Of a stretch of DNA of 64,000 nucleotides, positions 12,377-25,600 are shown piece after piece. The first letter of the stretch is position 1. Every line of letters begins with the position of its first letter. This stretch comes from Azolla caroliniana (taxonomy: Eukaryota; Plantae; Polypodiophyta). The notes under the pieces were generated by a model. That model made no database searches, was not told where the DNA came from, and saw only the letters and a program-made list of their open reading frames with translations. The stretch covers positions 13,268,001 to 13,332,000 of the forward strand of contig JBHGNT010000006.1 in the NCBI GenBank assembly GCA_043228905.1. The letters run 5' to 3'. The position numbers and the translations under genes were made by a program.

Positions 12377-13358
12377 TAGATCATCTCGTTTTCTTCCACC
12401 ATTACGTTGATGGATCCGAGTGCATCACAGATCTCCTTAATCTTGGTGGTGTAGTCCGTAACCGACATATCTCTTTGCCCGATGTTGTTCAGCTCTTGCC
12501 GGAGCTACAACTTACGAGTTGTGGTACTTGCGGCGAAAATCTTCTGTAGATTTTCCCAAACCCCCTTTGACGTTTTTGCATCCTTGATGTAGCTAAGCAT
12601 CTGATCGTGCACACAAGATGCGAGGCAGTACAATACTCAGCTCGCTCCTTGCTCCCATGTCGGGAAGTCTTTGTGTGTCGACTCCGGTGCTTCCTCGTTG
12701 GTTACTTCCACATAGCTCCAATATCCATGCCCCAACAGGTACTGGTGCATTTTATATGACCAAGATGCATAGTTGCTCCAGTCGAGCTTTTCTGTGGGAA
12801 GCGAACTGGCCATACCTTTGTCCATTTCGGTTCTCTACTATTCTTCACCGGATGTTAGGGTTTTTCTTCGAGAGCTAATGTCGGCTGTAGAGGAGTCTCA
12901 ACCCTCGCGCTTTGATACCATGTCAAAGTTAGCGTGTGGAAGTTTGACAAAACCCGTTTAGCCAGGCAGCAACCGAGAATAAAAAACACATGTTCAATGG
13001 AAGCTTGAGAGTATTTAGCATACACGGGAGAGACATAGAGAGAGCAGAACATGAAACTCTATTCAAATAATAATAATCCTTTGTGTACATAGAATGTGCT
13101 CAGAGAGCTCTTTTATACAAGTCCATAAAGGATTGATAGGTACTTCAATGATCATACGAGCGATTGACACTAACTCCCAAAAATATGCTTACATACTAGG
13201 CTAGATCCGTAGGCCTCTAACGGCCTACCGGTTTCAATCTGATCCGGCTCCTGGTTCCGGATATCATCTGGACACTGATCTGGTTCTCCATTCCGGATAC
13301 CGGTCCGGCTCTGGTTTATTCAGCCGATCTGGATCCGATTGAGCTTGTTTGCTCAACA

Positions 13359-13520
13359 ATGAGCATTCAAGTACTTGTCAGTACTTGTGTCAGCCCACTC
13401 GTCAGGGCTTGTATAAAGAGTGCTCACTGAGCACAGTGTATGTACAAAGTGTTGATTGTTTTGAATCTAAGTATTGTTGTCTACTCCACCTCTGTCCCTC
13501 CCTTATCTTGTCCACTTGGA
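13359..13520 (+). mobile_element. Remainder of an A-family copia LTR in + orientation (insertion target of A1)
   Basis: Reverse complement aligns by eye with the A2 LTR (GTGCTCAGTGA.CACT.TTTATACAAG...AAGTACTGACA.GTACTT.AATGCTCAT); right boundary uncertain. Confidence 0.7.
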
Positions 13521-13592
13521 TGGTTCTAAACCTCCTTATAATAAGAAGTAGTGTATTCATTCTTATGTCTTCTTGTCTTTACATCTATTTGT

Positions 13593-13593
<1 letters not shown>

Positions 13594-13644
<51 letters not shown>
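13594..13644. repeat. Compound (GT)n(GA)n microsatellite
   Basis: Directly visible. Confidence 0.95.
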
Positions 13645-14367
13645 TTAAGTAAGAATTGTTAAGCTAAGTAAACTAGTAGCTCAAAGGTGTGCTATAACCA
13701 CCTTCACCCAGCTCATCACCAAAATTGCACATGCCAGTTTGGATCCTAAGCCAACAATATCTATGGAAGGCACAACTTCATCCATTCATAGATGTGTTCC
13801 AGTGGAAGCACATGGAACACTTCGAGTGACCACCCAGCCCATGGTTCCCATAGCCTACAATGTTATTGTTAAGGGTATTCCACATTATGAGGCTTGAGGA
13901 TTTGGTTCTTCCCATAGTTCGTCAACAACAATAGACCAAATCTTAGGTATACCATACATTACAACCCACAACAACAATACACTTGAGATGCTTATATGTA
14001 AATGCAAGGGTATGTGAACATGATATTATAGGAGCTACACCAACACACAACTTGTATTGGAACCCCATGTCTCATCTAATGGGCATGTCATGTTCACAAG
14101 TGACTAATTAATTGGCAATCGATAATGGGTAACACAGTTTTACTATAGTGATGTTTGGATATTCACCAGCTATGTTTGGATATTCACATTTTTTTCTTAA
14201 TCTATTATCATATGCTTATTCCATAACAATGAACTTTTGTACCTTTTCTACGAATTACATATTTAGTTCCCTTGTAATATACACAAATCCCTTTATCTTT
14301 ATATGGTCCAATTAGGTTAAAATACATAAGATCATTCAATGGCCAACAACAAATATACAAATAGGCA

Positions 14368-17300
14368 TGTGACAGAATGAGAGGCAAGAGTGATTGCAAT
14401 GCAGTGGAAGAAGATTGAGAGTGTGTGTGTGTGTGTGTGACAACAGAGGGAGAGAGAGAGAGAGAGAGAGAGAGCTCTTTAGGCAGAGATAGAAAGACTG
14501 TATATTAACCAAAAATACATCAAACATAAAACATCCAATAGTAACTAAGTTACAATGTGTTGGTTTATATACTAACTAAGCTAGGGCAAGTGCCCTTTCT
14601 ATTATTTACAAAACTAGCCCAACATGTCCATGAGCTAGTGTGAAACCTATCTATGGGAAGTTGAGTTCGACTCTCAACACGCCCCTTCGAACACAACTTC
14701 TATCTGTCGAGAAGGTTGTTCGGTTCGTACTTCAACTTGTCTAGTCGGTTGTGTTGCGTACTCGCATACTCGATTAATTGCGTATGTGTTGCGTATCGTT
14801 GCGTATTGCTTCCATGTCACTTGTACCTGTACTCCCCCTCAAGTTCGGCAATGTAGATGTCATGAGACCAAGGTCCGATGCAAATTGCCCGAGCTTGTCG
14901 ACTCCTAAGGCCTTCGTAAATATATCAGCAACTTGGAGGTGCGTACTGGTGTGTTGTAGATCGATCTCGTCGGCCTATACGTACTCGTGGATGAAGTGGT
15001 AATGCACTTCGATATGTTTAGTCCACTCGTGAAATACAAGGTTCCACGCCAGGTAGATACTGCTCATGTTGTCGCAATAGAGATGAATTGGATCCTTGAT
15101 GGGAACGCCCAGATCCTTTAGTATGCGTTTACGCCATACGGCTTCGCATGCGGCGACTGTTGCGCCCCTATATTCGGCTTCCGTGCTCGACAGTGCGACT
15201 CTCGGTTGTTTCTTGCTGCTCCAAGAGATTGCTCCACTACCGAGGGAGAAGACAAATCCGGAGGTGGATCGTCTATCCGCTTTATAGCCTGCCCAATCCG
15301 CGTCAGTGTACCCTTCAAGTTGAATAGTCATGTTCGACTTATACATGATGCCATAAGCCATTGTCATACTGACATACCATAGTATCCTCTTAGCACAACC
15401 AAGAAGAAGGTTTCGCGGATTCTGCATGAATTGGCTAAGTAGGCCGACTGAATAACTGAGGTCGGGTCGCGTAATGGTTAGATAGATCAAACTACCGATC
15501 AGTTGTCGATACTGAGTCGGCTCGCTCTCAGCGGTTCCGGAATTGGCATCAATCTTTAGGTTACGATCGAGAGGGGTAGACACAGGCTTGCACTCGGTCA
15601 TTTCGAACTTGTAGATTAAGTTAAGGACGTAGTGCCGTTGTGAGATCACTATCCTGACTGGTGTCCGAATTACTTCAATGCCTAGGAAGTAATGGAGTTC
15701 GTGCAAGTCTTTCATTTCAAATCAGCCCGAAAGAAGTGTTTTGACTTTGTTGATCTCGGGGAGATCCTTTCCTCCGACGACCAAGTCATCCATGTATAGG
15801 ATGATGATGATCGGGCTATCCAACTCATTTCGGATGTACAGAGAAGTATCGGATTTTGACATCCGAAATCCGACTTGATGAAGAATCAAGATCCTGCGTG
15901 ATCTTCGAATGCCAAGCACGCGGTGCTTGTTTGAGGCCGTAGAGTGGCTTCTTGACTCGGCATACGGCGTGCAGATGTTTACGCAATTCGAATCCGAGTG
16001 GTTGTATCATGTACACCTCTTCTTCTAACTCTCCTTGGAGGAAAGCATTTTTCACGTCCATTTGGTGGAGGTGCCATCCCTTCGCTGCGGCGAGTGCAAT
16101 TGTTGTCCGTACAGTTGTCATCTTTGCCACCAGGGAAAAGGTTTCTTCGTAGTCTATGTCGTGCGTTTGTGTGTAGCCTTTCGCAACGAGTCGTGCTTTG
16201 AAGCAATTTACAGATCCACCGGCATTGTATTTTACTTTGTATATCCATCTGCAGCCAATCGCTTTCTTGTTCGGGGGAGAGGAACGAGATCCCATGTCTC
16301 GTTTTTGCATAAAGCTTCCGTCTACTCATTCATCCCGTCGACCCATCGTGGATCCTTTGCGGTTTCGGAAAGCGTTTCCGGTTCCCGTACAGACGCTACT
16401 TTCATCATAAAAGCGTGGTGATACGCCATGTACTCGTCGTAGCCATAGCGGTTTACGGGGTTCTTTTCACGTGTGGATCGGCGTAGCTCTCGATCCGTGG
16501 GGAGTATGGCTTTCTTCGCTCCATCCATGCGGATGTCGAGATCTTCAAATTCACTGTCAAGAGAGTGAAGCATCTCGGTCTCTTCTTGATCTTCATATTC
16601 CCGCATTTTCGCCTTCCCTTTGTCCAGCTTCAGACTCGGCCGAGATGTGCTTTCATCGCTCAGTGGCTCTAATGGCCCACTCAACCGTGTCGTAATTGGG
16701 TCTTCTTCTAACATCTGTGTGAGCCGATCCTCAACTTCTATTTCTATTTCAGTGTCATCCACGTTGAGCAGGGTTGGAGTCGAAGTGTTCTCTAGTGCGT
16801 ACCAGGATGCATATTCGTCAAAGACTACATCTCGACTTGTTCGAACCGTACGGGTAGATGGGTTGTAGCATGTGTACCCCTTCTTCTGTTTGAGTGAGTA
16901 TCCTACGAGGATACATTTCTCTGACTTTGGGTCAAGCTTTTGCCGCGTATCGTCGGGAATATGTACATAGGCGATAGAACCAAAAATGCGGACATGTGAC
17001 AAGTCCGGCTTCTTTCTTAAGAACTTCTCATGCGGAGTTATATCATGTACTCCTGAGGTTGTGCACATGTTCATGAGATATACGGCCATATTTTCCGCAT
17101 CTACCCAATATGATTTCGGCAGGTTCTTCTCTTTCATCATGGCTCGTGTGACTTCTACTACATGGCGATTTTTACGCTCTACTGCACCGTTTTGCTGAGG
17201 CGTGTGTCAACACAAGAACTCTCATCGGATTCCTTCTTTTTGAAGATAGCGTACATGTCGACCCGTAGTTTTTTCGACTTCGGCTTTGAATGTCTAGAAA

Positions 17301-19407
17301 TGCCTGAACACTTCACTCTTCTGCTTCATCGAATAGATCCAGGTGTTCCTAGACAGGTCGTCGATGAACGTAACATAGTAACAGCATCCACCAAATGTAG
17401 TTGTTTGGGCTGGTCCCCATACATCTGAATGTATTACATCCAAGATCCCTTTGCTCACATTCCGCTCGTTAGGGAATGGATGACGGTGTTGCTTTGCGAA
17501 CTGACATGCCTCGCATACGCCCATAATCTCCTTTGCCGTCAAGTTCGGGAGTCTGATTACGACTCCTTTCGATTGCATGTTTTGTAGTTTCTTGAGATTA
17601 ATGTGGCCGATTCTCTTGTGCCACAGTTTTAAGTCAGTTTCGACTTTTAGGCCCTTTGCAAACATGGCCGACTTTACCTCACTCGATTCGAGGATGAACA
17701 TACGGCCTTCACAACGGCCGTGAGCTATGACTTGACCGTCTTTTTCAATGAAGCATCCGTCATTATTGAAGCGTACTTGCATTCCTTGTTCGACAATCTG
17801 GCCAACCAAGACCAGGTTTTTCCTAATAGTGAGGACATGCAACATGTTCTTGAGGTAGGTCTGTTTGTCGTCGTTTCCGAATGGGACATTCCCAATATGT
17901 TGTATTGGGTGAGTCGTGTCATCTCTTGTTTCGACATATCCGGGACGTTCGGGCTTCCGTAGTTCCCGAAACCAATCTTCATGGGACGTCATGTGATTGG
18001 ATGCTCCCGAATCGACAAACCATACATTTTTCGGAGTGGAAGCGGTAGTTGACGCAAGTGTGGACATTGAGTGTGCTTCATGCTTCATTATGAACATTCC
18101 GCCGCGATCGTCGTAGTCGGAGTTCGTGGCGTAATTTGTTAGTTGGCGGCCTTGCTCACGCTTCTTCTTCCGACACTCCTCTTCGTAGTGGCCAGGTTTT
18201 CCGCAATACCCGCACTCAATTGGGTTCCTATGGTTGCTTGGTCCGGCGTGATGACTCCCCCTTCCGCCGAACTCTCTGGGGCCATTTCTGTCTGCTTGCC
18301 ATTGGTGGGACTTACGCTCTAGGTTGTGTCGGCCTTGGCCGAATCGACCTCTCCTTCCACGGCTTTGTCCTCTTCCTCCATCGGAGTTCGAATATAGCAT
18401 TTGTTCGTCATGCGCGTTGTTCCTTTGACGCACCTGATTCTCTTCAACTAGCAACAATGATTGGAGATCAAAAAAGGAGGGAGGATTCTCTCTCGCGAGA
18501 ACAACCGATCTTATTGCGCCAAATCGCGGTGCCAAGCCACTAAGGCATATCTACACCATTTCTTCGTCATCAATGCTAGCATTAATCGATCCAAGGGCAT
18601 CGCACAACTCCTTGATCTTTAAGGTGTCCATTGACATGTCCCTTTGTTGAAGATTGTTCAGCTCCTGTCGAAGTTGGAGCTTTCGTGTGGACGTATTGGC
18701 TGCAAAAATCTTCTTGAGGTTTTCCCACGCCTTCTTCGGCGTTTTTGCCTCTCAAATGTAGCCAAGCATATGATCATGAACGCATGATGCAAGGCAATAC
18801 AACACATGGCTTGCGGCCTGCTCCCAAGCGGGATAGTCGGCGTGTGTTGGGTTGGGTTGTGATTCGTGAGCTCCTTCGATGTAGCTCCAATAGCCTTGTC
18901 CAACAAGGTATTGATGCATCTTGTATTCCCAAGATGCAAAGTTCATTCTGTCGAGCTTCTCGGTAGGAAGAGCGCTTCCCATTTGAGTATTCATGGTGAT
19001 TTCTTCTCTGTTGATGGGCCGGTTCTGTTGATCGTCGGCGTGCAGCACAACACAGTCGAATAGGCTTAATCAGGCAACCACACACTCTGATACCATGTAG
19101 CGGAATGAGAGGCAAGAGTGATTGCAATGCAGCGGAAGAAGATTGAGAGTGTGTGTGTGTGTGTGTGTGAGGCAACAGAGAGAGAGAGAGAGAGAGAGAG
19201 AACTCTTTAGGTAGAGATAGAAAGATTCTATATTAACCAAAAATACATCAAACATAAAACATCCAATAGTAACTAAGTTACAATGTGTTGGTTTATATAC
19301 CAACTAAGCTAGGGCAAGTGCCCTTTCTATTATTTACAAAACTAGCCCAACATGTCCATGAGCTAGTGTGAAACCTATCTATGGGAAGTTGAGTTCGACT
19401 CTCAACA
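14368..19407 (-). mobile_element. Full-length degenerate Ty1/copia element C
   Basis: 312-bp LTRs 14368-14679 and 19096-19407 containing (TG)n(AG)n; TSD AGGCA; PBS TGGTATCAGAGT 19084-19095; PPT at 14680-14689; order gag-PR-INT-RT-RH. Confidence 0.97.
14830..18995 (-). pseudogene. copia C gag-pol polyprotein, multiple stops and frameshifts
   Basis: ORFs 18752-19048, 17294-18535 (CGYCGKPGH, WFVDSGASNHM, HSDVWGP), 16322-17140, 15825-16310, 15722-15919 (YMDD), 14975-15715 (YTDADW, STEAEY). Confidence 0.95.
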
Positions 19408-22400
19408 AGGCATAGCTCAAGCTTACTAGGAGCTTGTTAACCAACTTCTAAGCCTAGAGACGTCTTCCATTTTTACTTCACATATGGATGATATCATTTT
19501 TGCTTTGTTATTTGTATTTGGTGCAACCCTAAATTTCAAATTATCAAACTCTTGTTTTTCCCATTTGACATCTTATTCACATGAGACCCGATTAAATTTA
19601 GCTTAAGTTGTAAATTTTAACATTTTTGTTCACATGAGACCCTTGCTCTCATTTGTGCAAGATAGTGATGATCTTGAGCTTGTACAAGGTCTACAATCGT
19701 GGGTCATGAGTACAAACTACCAATTGTGAGGCCTAATATTGGTACAGGACTCGGGTGATGAATGGCAAGAGGATCTTGATGCAAAATGGAGAGATAGTTT
19801 ATGTGGAAGTTTTTGAAGCATTCTTATTTACTTTCAGTTTTCAGAATGATTAGTGGAGATGGTAGTGGGGGTAGAAGCAAGGTTTTATGAGGGTGAGGAG
19901 AGTGGATTAATTTTGTTTTGTGTATGTACAGGAAATTGCTGAAAATAGATAGATACAAGACTCGGGCAATGACTGGCAAGATGGATGTTGTGGAAAAAGA
20001 AGCTGATTTATTTTTGAAAGGATGAGTGGGGATGTTGTCGAGGGTTGAAGCAAAATGCCATGAGTGGATGAGGACAACTAATTTTCTTTGTTGTCTATAC
20101 AGGAATTTCATGAAAATGGAGAGATGGCAGATGTGGAAATATTTTGAACCACATTCATTTGTTTTTAGTTTATACAACGATGAGCAAAGATGGTGGCGAA
20201 GGCAGAAGCAAATTTTCATGAGGGTCTGAGGAGATTGGATCGAGTAGAGAACCAATATTTTCATATGGTAGGTTCATCTAGATCATTTGGATATGATGAA
20301 CTCTTACATGTGGCAGCGATCAAGGAATCATTGTGAAAGAAGATATATCATTACATGTTGAATACGATGGAATTGATGCTAGGGGCTTTGGCATGGCATC
20401 AACATTACTTGGCGATATGGACGCTGGTAGGGCAACAATATTACTTAGGGAGAAGTTCACCGATATTATCTTGTATCTTGCCTTTATCTTTATCTAGAAA
20501 GATTGGCTGCACAATATTCATTGTAATGTTGGATTATCTTGTATCTTGCCTTTGGCTACTTTAATCTTAATACTAATGGAGGATAATTTTTATGAAAAAA
20601 AAAATATTGGTCAGTCATGGAAAGTCCAATATACACAATCGTGTAGTTGAGTCAGACGTGTTGAGAAGCATACGAAGAAGGTAGTGCATGTTTCTAGTAG
20701 ATATTGCATGACCAATCATTGCACACCAACTACATGCAACATTGAGAATTCAAACATTTTCTCATGACCTATACATACTTAGGGTTCTCTGTAAGATATG
20801 CTCTACAACTGCTACTTATAGCTTCTCAATGTCATATTATGTAGTACCGAACTGTTTATAATACAACTCAAATTTTGTGTTTCTTTTAACATGCTAAATT
20901 GATAACTCATATAGGCCCATTTATACCAATTTACAAACCAAAATATGTATTTTGTCGCCCCGAGATAGTGCATGTTTCATCACGCAAAAGCACATCCACA
21001 TTTATAGACATTTAACTTTTACCACTATATATATTCTTCCAAGCAGATGATATCATGCATTTCTAAAAAAATTGCTTTAGGAATTGACAATATTGTCCTA
21101 CATATAGAAGCTTGCTTCTCAAAAGACCAATGGTCAAACTTTTTTATCGCAAGTTCAATGTTTTGACGAACATGCCAAGTTAATGATCAAACACTAATTA
21201 ATTTTCTTGTTTAGTTCAAATGAACACGACTCTTACCAATTTACCACGCTTTACAATTGGTAGGTTGATGTTATATAATATTTCCAATTACTATTATGTG
21301 TCCATGACATTATCAACATTGATCAAGGCAGTTCAAGTTTCGGAAAGACAGATTTTCTTTATCATACTCATTTAGCATCTCCTCCAAGCTAACACACATT
21401 GCAAAAACAAATATGTTTTCCTTCCGTATCTAGAATGCTTTTGATAATGAACTAAGCTTCTCCATACCTCTTGTTTAGACAGGCCCTTTTAGCTCGAAAT
21501 TTTGATAGGAGTATATCCATATCTCTTCAATAAAAAGGCTTTCTAGCAAATTTTGATCATCAGTTATTGGAATGAATTTTGTTGACACATTATTAATTCA
21601 TTCCATTAAATTTTGGGACACCGTCTTCAAATATTTTTTCTTTGAGGAAAAAATGACCAATCTATTATCGTTGGACGTTATTCATATAGCATGGAATATG
21701 TCAAGTGATAATAACACCCATTAGATTGGGTATTGCATGGTAACATGGAATTTAAACCCTAACCTGCTTTGGAATAGAATGTGCAATATCTCTCGACTTT
21801 ATCCTTGGCTATGAATTTGGCAGGTGGCGTTTTGTCAAAAAAATATCCAGTCGTAACATGGAATTTAACTAGAAAGACAATAGGTTTTTATTCAAATCTT
21901 GTTCAGAATGTTGAAAACTCACAGGATACAGATACGAAACATTATCAATATTAAACTATCTCTGAGTTTTGGGGAAAGTTTTCTTTAACAGAATATTGAC
22001 TAGACTCTAGAAGTTTTAAACACTGCCCTTACTCTTTAGTTTCCAGGGAAAATTTTCTTTATTTATCAGGCAAGTTTTCCTTCCCTACCTTTTGGTAAGA
22101 ATTTGCACAGCTTTTGGATCCAGTGTGCACAGAAATCAACTGGACTGTCTTATCATGGGTACTTTACCCTGAAGATATTGCATCTTTCAAGTTGTCTGAT
22201 CCCAGAAGTAAATAATGTTGATTGTATGATTTTGAGAAACATTGACCGATATATATTTTTATCAGCCAAAGATTTCAAGTTTAGAATAGTCAATTTCCAT
22301 TAATTGTTGGTACAAAAAGCTCCAGGATTGGGATAGTGTTATCTATGGATCAAATAAAGTACATTCATTTTCAAGAAATTTGTTATATACAGAAAAAAGC

Positions 22401-22479
22401 ATAGTAATGACGAAGCAATTAGCTACCTTCATTCTGAGCTAAAAGAATGTACCACTTTACTAATTTATATGTGAATATG

Positions 22480-22671
22480 TTACCCCAGTTGAGGACTGAT
22501 TAATGATAGTTGTCCTGAATCCCCATTAAGAATATAAACCATTGCCAGAGTGTATTCTTCATTATGAGTCCCATGTTCTGATCCTCTAAACTGAAAGACT
22601 GGTTGAATCACACGGCAATTGGCCTCACATTTAATGATTGCCAGTCGAGGCCCGTCTCGAAGCTTCCAGAT
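22480..22671 (-). CDS. RAB3GAP2: RAB3GAP2 exon 8 (terminal)
   Basis: cag|IWKLRDGPRL...NGDSGQLSLISPQLG*. Confidence 0.92.
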   Translation of the reverse strand: MWKLRDGPRLAIIKCEANCRVIQPVFQFRGSEHGTHNEEYTLAMVYILNGDSGQLSLISPQLG

Positions 22672-25600
22672 CTGACAAATTGGCCTCAAATGTATTATAT
22701 ATAACTCCACAAATTGGCCTCAAATGGGTAGGGAAAGATGAAGAATTAAATATACAGTACACAATGTATTAGTAAGTGTCAATGCTCATTTATTGCCATA
22801 GAGAGAAAATTGTCAGTACCTCCACTACACCCCGTCGAGGAGCATGGATGGCAAGACACAATATCAAATCGTGCTTCCTCGTGATTTGGTAAGATGACCT
22901 ACTCGGTGTAGCATCTAAATTGCTACTGGTGGGTACTTCCAAAAAGAAGCAATATGCATCACGATAGCCCTGTAGGATATCGATTATTAAAGTCTTAACT
23001 TCCAAAAAAAAGGAACCTGTATTAAGAGCATCATAGCAAATACCTTCCAGAGCCTTATTACAACCAAAGCTTGTGTATCAACCAAGAGAATCCTACCAAG
23101 AGAATCTGTTATGGCTGCCATAGCTCCGTTTGGAGATAAAACTATTCGCTCACCTTTTCGCGGTTGATCTTTCAAACAAGTAATGAGAGATGCTGCATGA
23201 ACTCACTTTCAGAAATTAGAATTATATTAATTTGGGGCATGTACAACATGAAATGTCCTAGAGTTGGAAAGCAGAAAATTAATGAACATAGAGATAATTC
23301 ATAGATTTGAGACTAACCCCTTCCAAAGTCTTGTGGTTTTACTTCTGGTGGTCTATAATCAGATATCTGTTCATTATCATTACTACGCCATATTATCTTT
23401 GCTAAAGCTGTAACTGTGGAAACAGTAGCTGGCATTATCTTCTTCATGATCATATTTGTGATAGAATTACTCCGATCTTCAGATAATCTGACAGGAAGAA
23501 CTAATTAAAAACCCAGGGGAAAAGACTGACAGATTGGGGAATGAAAATAAGCAGGGGAAACAACTGACAGATTGGGTGAAAACAATTCAGAAAAAAAATG
23601 ACAGGAATAGATTTCTTGGGCAGAACCACTATTCAATAAATAGGCATGCAACTACTATGTTTCAGCAAAGGAATCGAAACATTAACTAGCATAATAATTA
23701 CATGAAATTAGCAGAAATTTAGCATGACCTTACTTTATGCACGTCATTCAAAATTATGCCCATCAAACTAATCAAAGATACCTGTGTGCTGCAAGTGCAC
23801 AATCTGGCCCCACTGTAATTGCACAGAAATACCTTTGACTAGACTGCACAAAGAAAACTTTTAGAGATAATTTATTGGCGTACAACAGTATATATTAAGT
23901 ACTGATTCAATTCTCAAATACCTGATGTTCCAAGAGTGGTGGTGCCATAACACCTGTTATCACCCCATCAACACAAGTGGAGTTACCTCCCATATTTCGA
24001 CTGACATTCCAGACCTGATGTGACAGTCTGTGGACACTAAAATCTACATTATTCTTGCCCTTCATTGATCGACCTTCAGCATTTTGTAGAGATTTGTGCA
24101 ACAATGGCTATGGCCCATATCGTCAAGAGTTGAATCAACATGCACATGCACATTGTTTCAATTTCTCTTTCATTTCTATAGGTATTTTTTCTGAGATCTA
24201 AAAAGCCAGCTTTAAAATAATCAAGTTGTGAATTTATTGAAATATTGAACCTGCAAATCAGACGCATCAACACGTACTAACGATTTAGCATACACTACAG
24301 TTAGCTCTTCAACAGAACTGCACTGTGATGACTTGCTGTTGCTTCCTCGAACTTGCAGCTGTAAAACAGGACTGGCCTGAAATATCTGCCAGTATATAAA
24401 TACACGCTCATTAAAATGTACTCTCAAAAATAAACTCTCTGGGACAAAGTGACATCTAAGAATACATTGACAAAGAGTATATTACCATGATAGGAAATAA
24501 TTACACCTTAAAGTAGCATAAATTATGTCAACATCAATGAATATGTACGATTAATGTGACCTACTGATATTACTAAATCAATTAATATTCTTATTGATCA
24601 ACCTGTTTCTAAATGTTACTACCTTCTGTAAATGGGGAACTTTGTTTACAAAAAATAATCCCAAATTCAGATCCATACAATGAGACAATTACTGAATGCT
24701 AAGTAGAACGTTGAGACATGATGACCAAGAATGTGGAGTGCCAAGCTTTTCTGAAGCTGAAGGTTACAACAATAACAAATGCAACACGTTAGCCTTCATT
24801 CTATATGCACTTAACAGTGGTTAAAATATCCCAGTGTATTCTCTCTTCCTTTTCATTTTCCGTTTTTATTGGGGGCTGAAAGTAATATATATTAACATCT
24901 ATAAAAGATCATAATGGCCTCTAAAGACGAGAATTGCAACTATTCTTGTTAACTCATCAAACTGAAAAATGACTTTCTACTCTAGTTTCAAAAAATCAAA
25001 TGGCTTGAAATTCAAACATCGATAACTAACAATCAGGTTTAATGCCTGATCATTGGATCTGAAATTGTTGCCCACCTAAAATATCCATCATGCACTGATC
25101 CAATATGGAAAGTTCTGTGGGACGAGGAGGGTGTCTCTGATGACATGTGATGATGACTCGGTGCCATAATAACATTGGATGATGTGTTACTTGCACATAA
25201 TGACTATCCATTAGTTGTATCTCTGAAGAAGAAATCAGTCAAAATTCTCTGCCGAGATAGATCAGTGCATGTCAACCTCTCTCTCATGGGGTGTGCAAAG
25301 TTCGGTGTGGTGAGCAGTTATGGTGTCAAAATAATGATATATGCATATAGGGAAGGGCCCTCACCTCAACTAGCATTTGTGACAAAAAGGTCCCTCCCAA
25401 TCATTTTCCCCCTCTAGCTTTCAACCATCTAATCTTCCTCTTTTATATTCTTATTTGACCTTGTTTCCTGTAGCCCACTACGAGGCTTCCCACCCTCTGC
25501 ATGAGATTCATAGACTTGTACTTATTTCTCTCAATTTATTACAAATTTCATTACTTCTTTTGGAGTTCATATTTCTGGCTCTGTCATCATGTAATGATTT

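Larger units (their letters stand above)
4263..13358 (-). mobile_element. Ty1/copia element A1, 3'-truncated, with two nested insertions; related to A2
   Basis: 5' LTR 12921-13358 (TG...CA), PBS TGGTATCAAAGCG (iMet) ending at 12920; gag MASSLPTEKLDWSNYASW (12382-12825, 7608-7889); knuckle ECWYCGKKGH; PR/GAG-pre-integrase (5520-6269); integrase (5094-5414); RT start IDYDETFAPVAKMTT at ~4280-4430. Confidence 0.92.

Noticed and set aside
13650-14360. Possible second host-gene exons
   Set aside because: No recognisable protein and no consistent splice chain.
21750-21765. Telomere-like TAAACCCTAA
   Set aside because: Isolated copy, no array.
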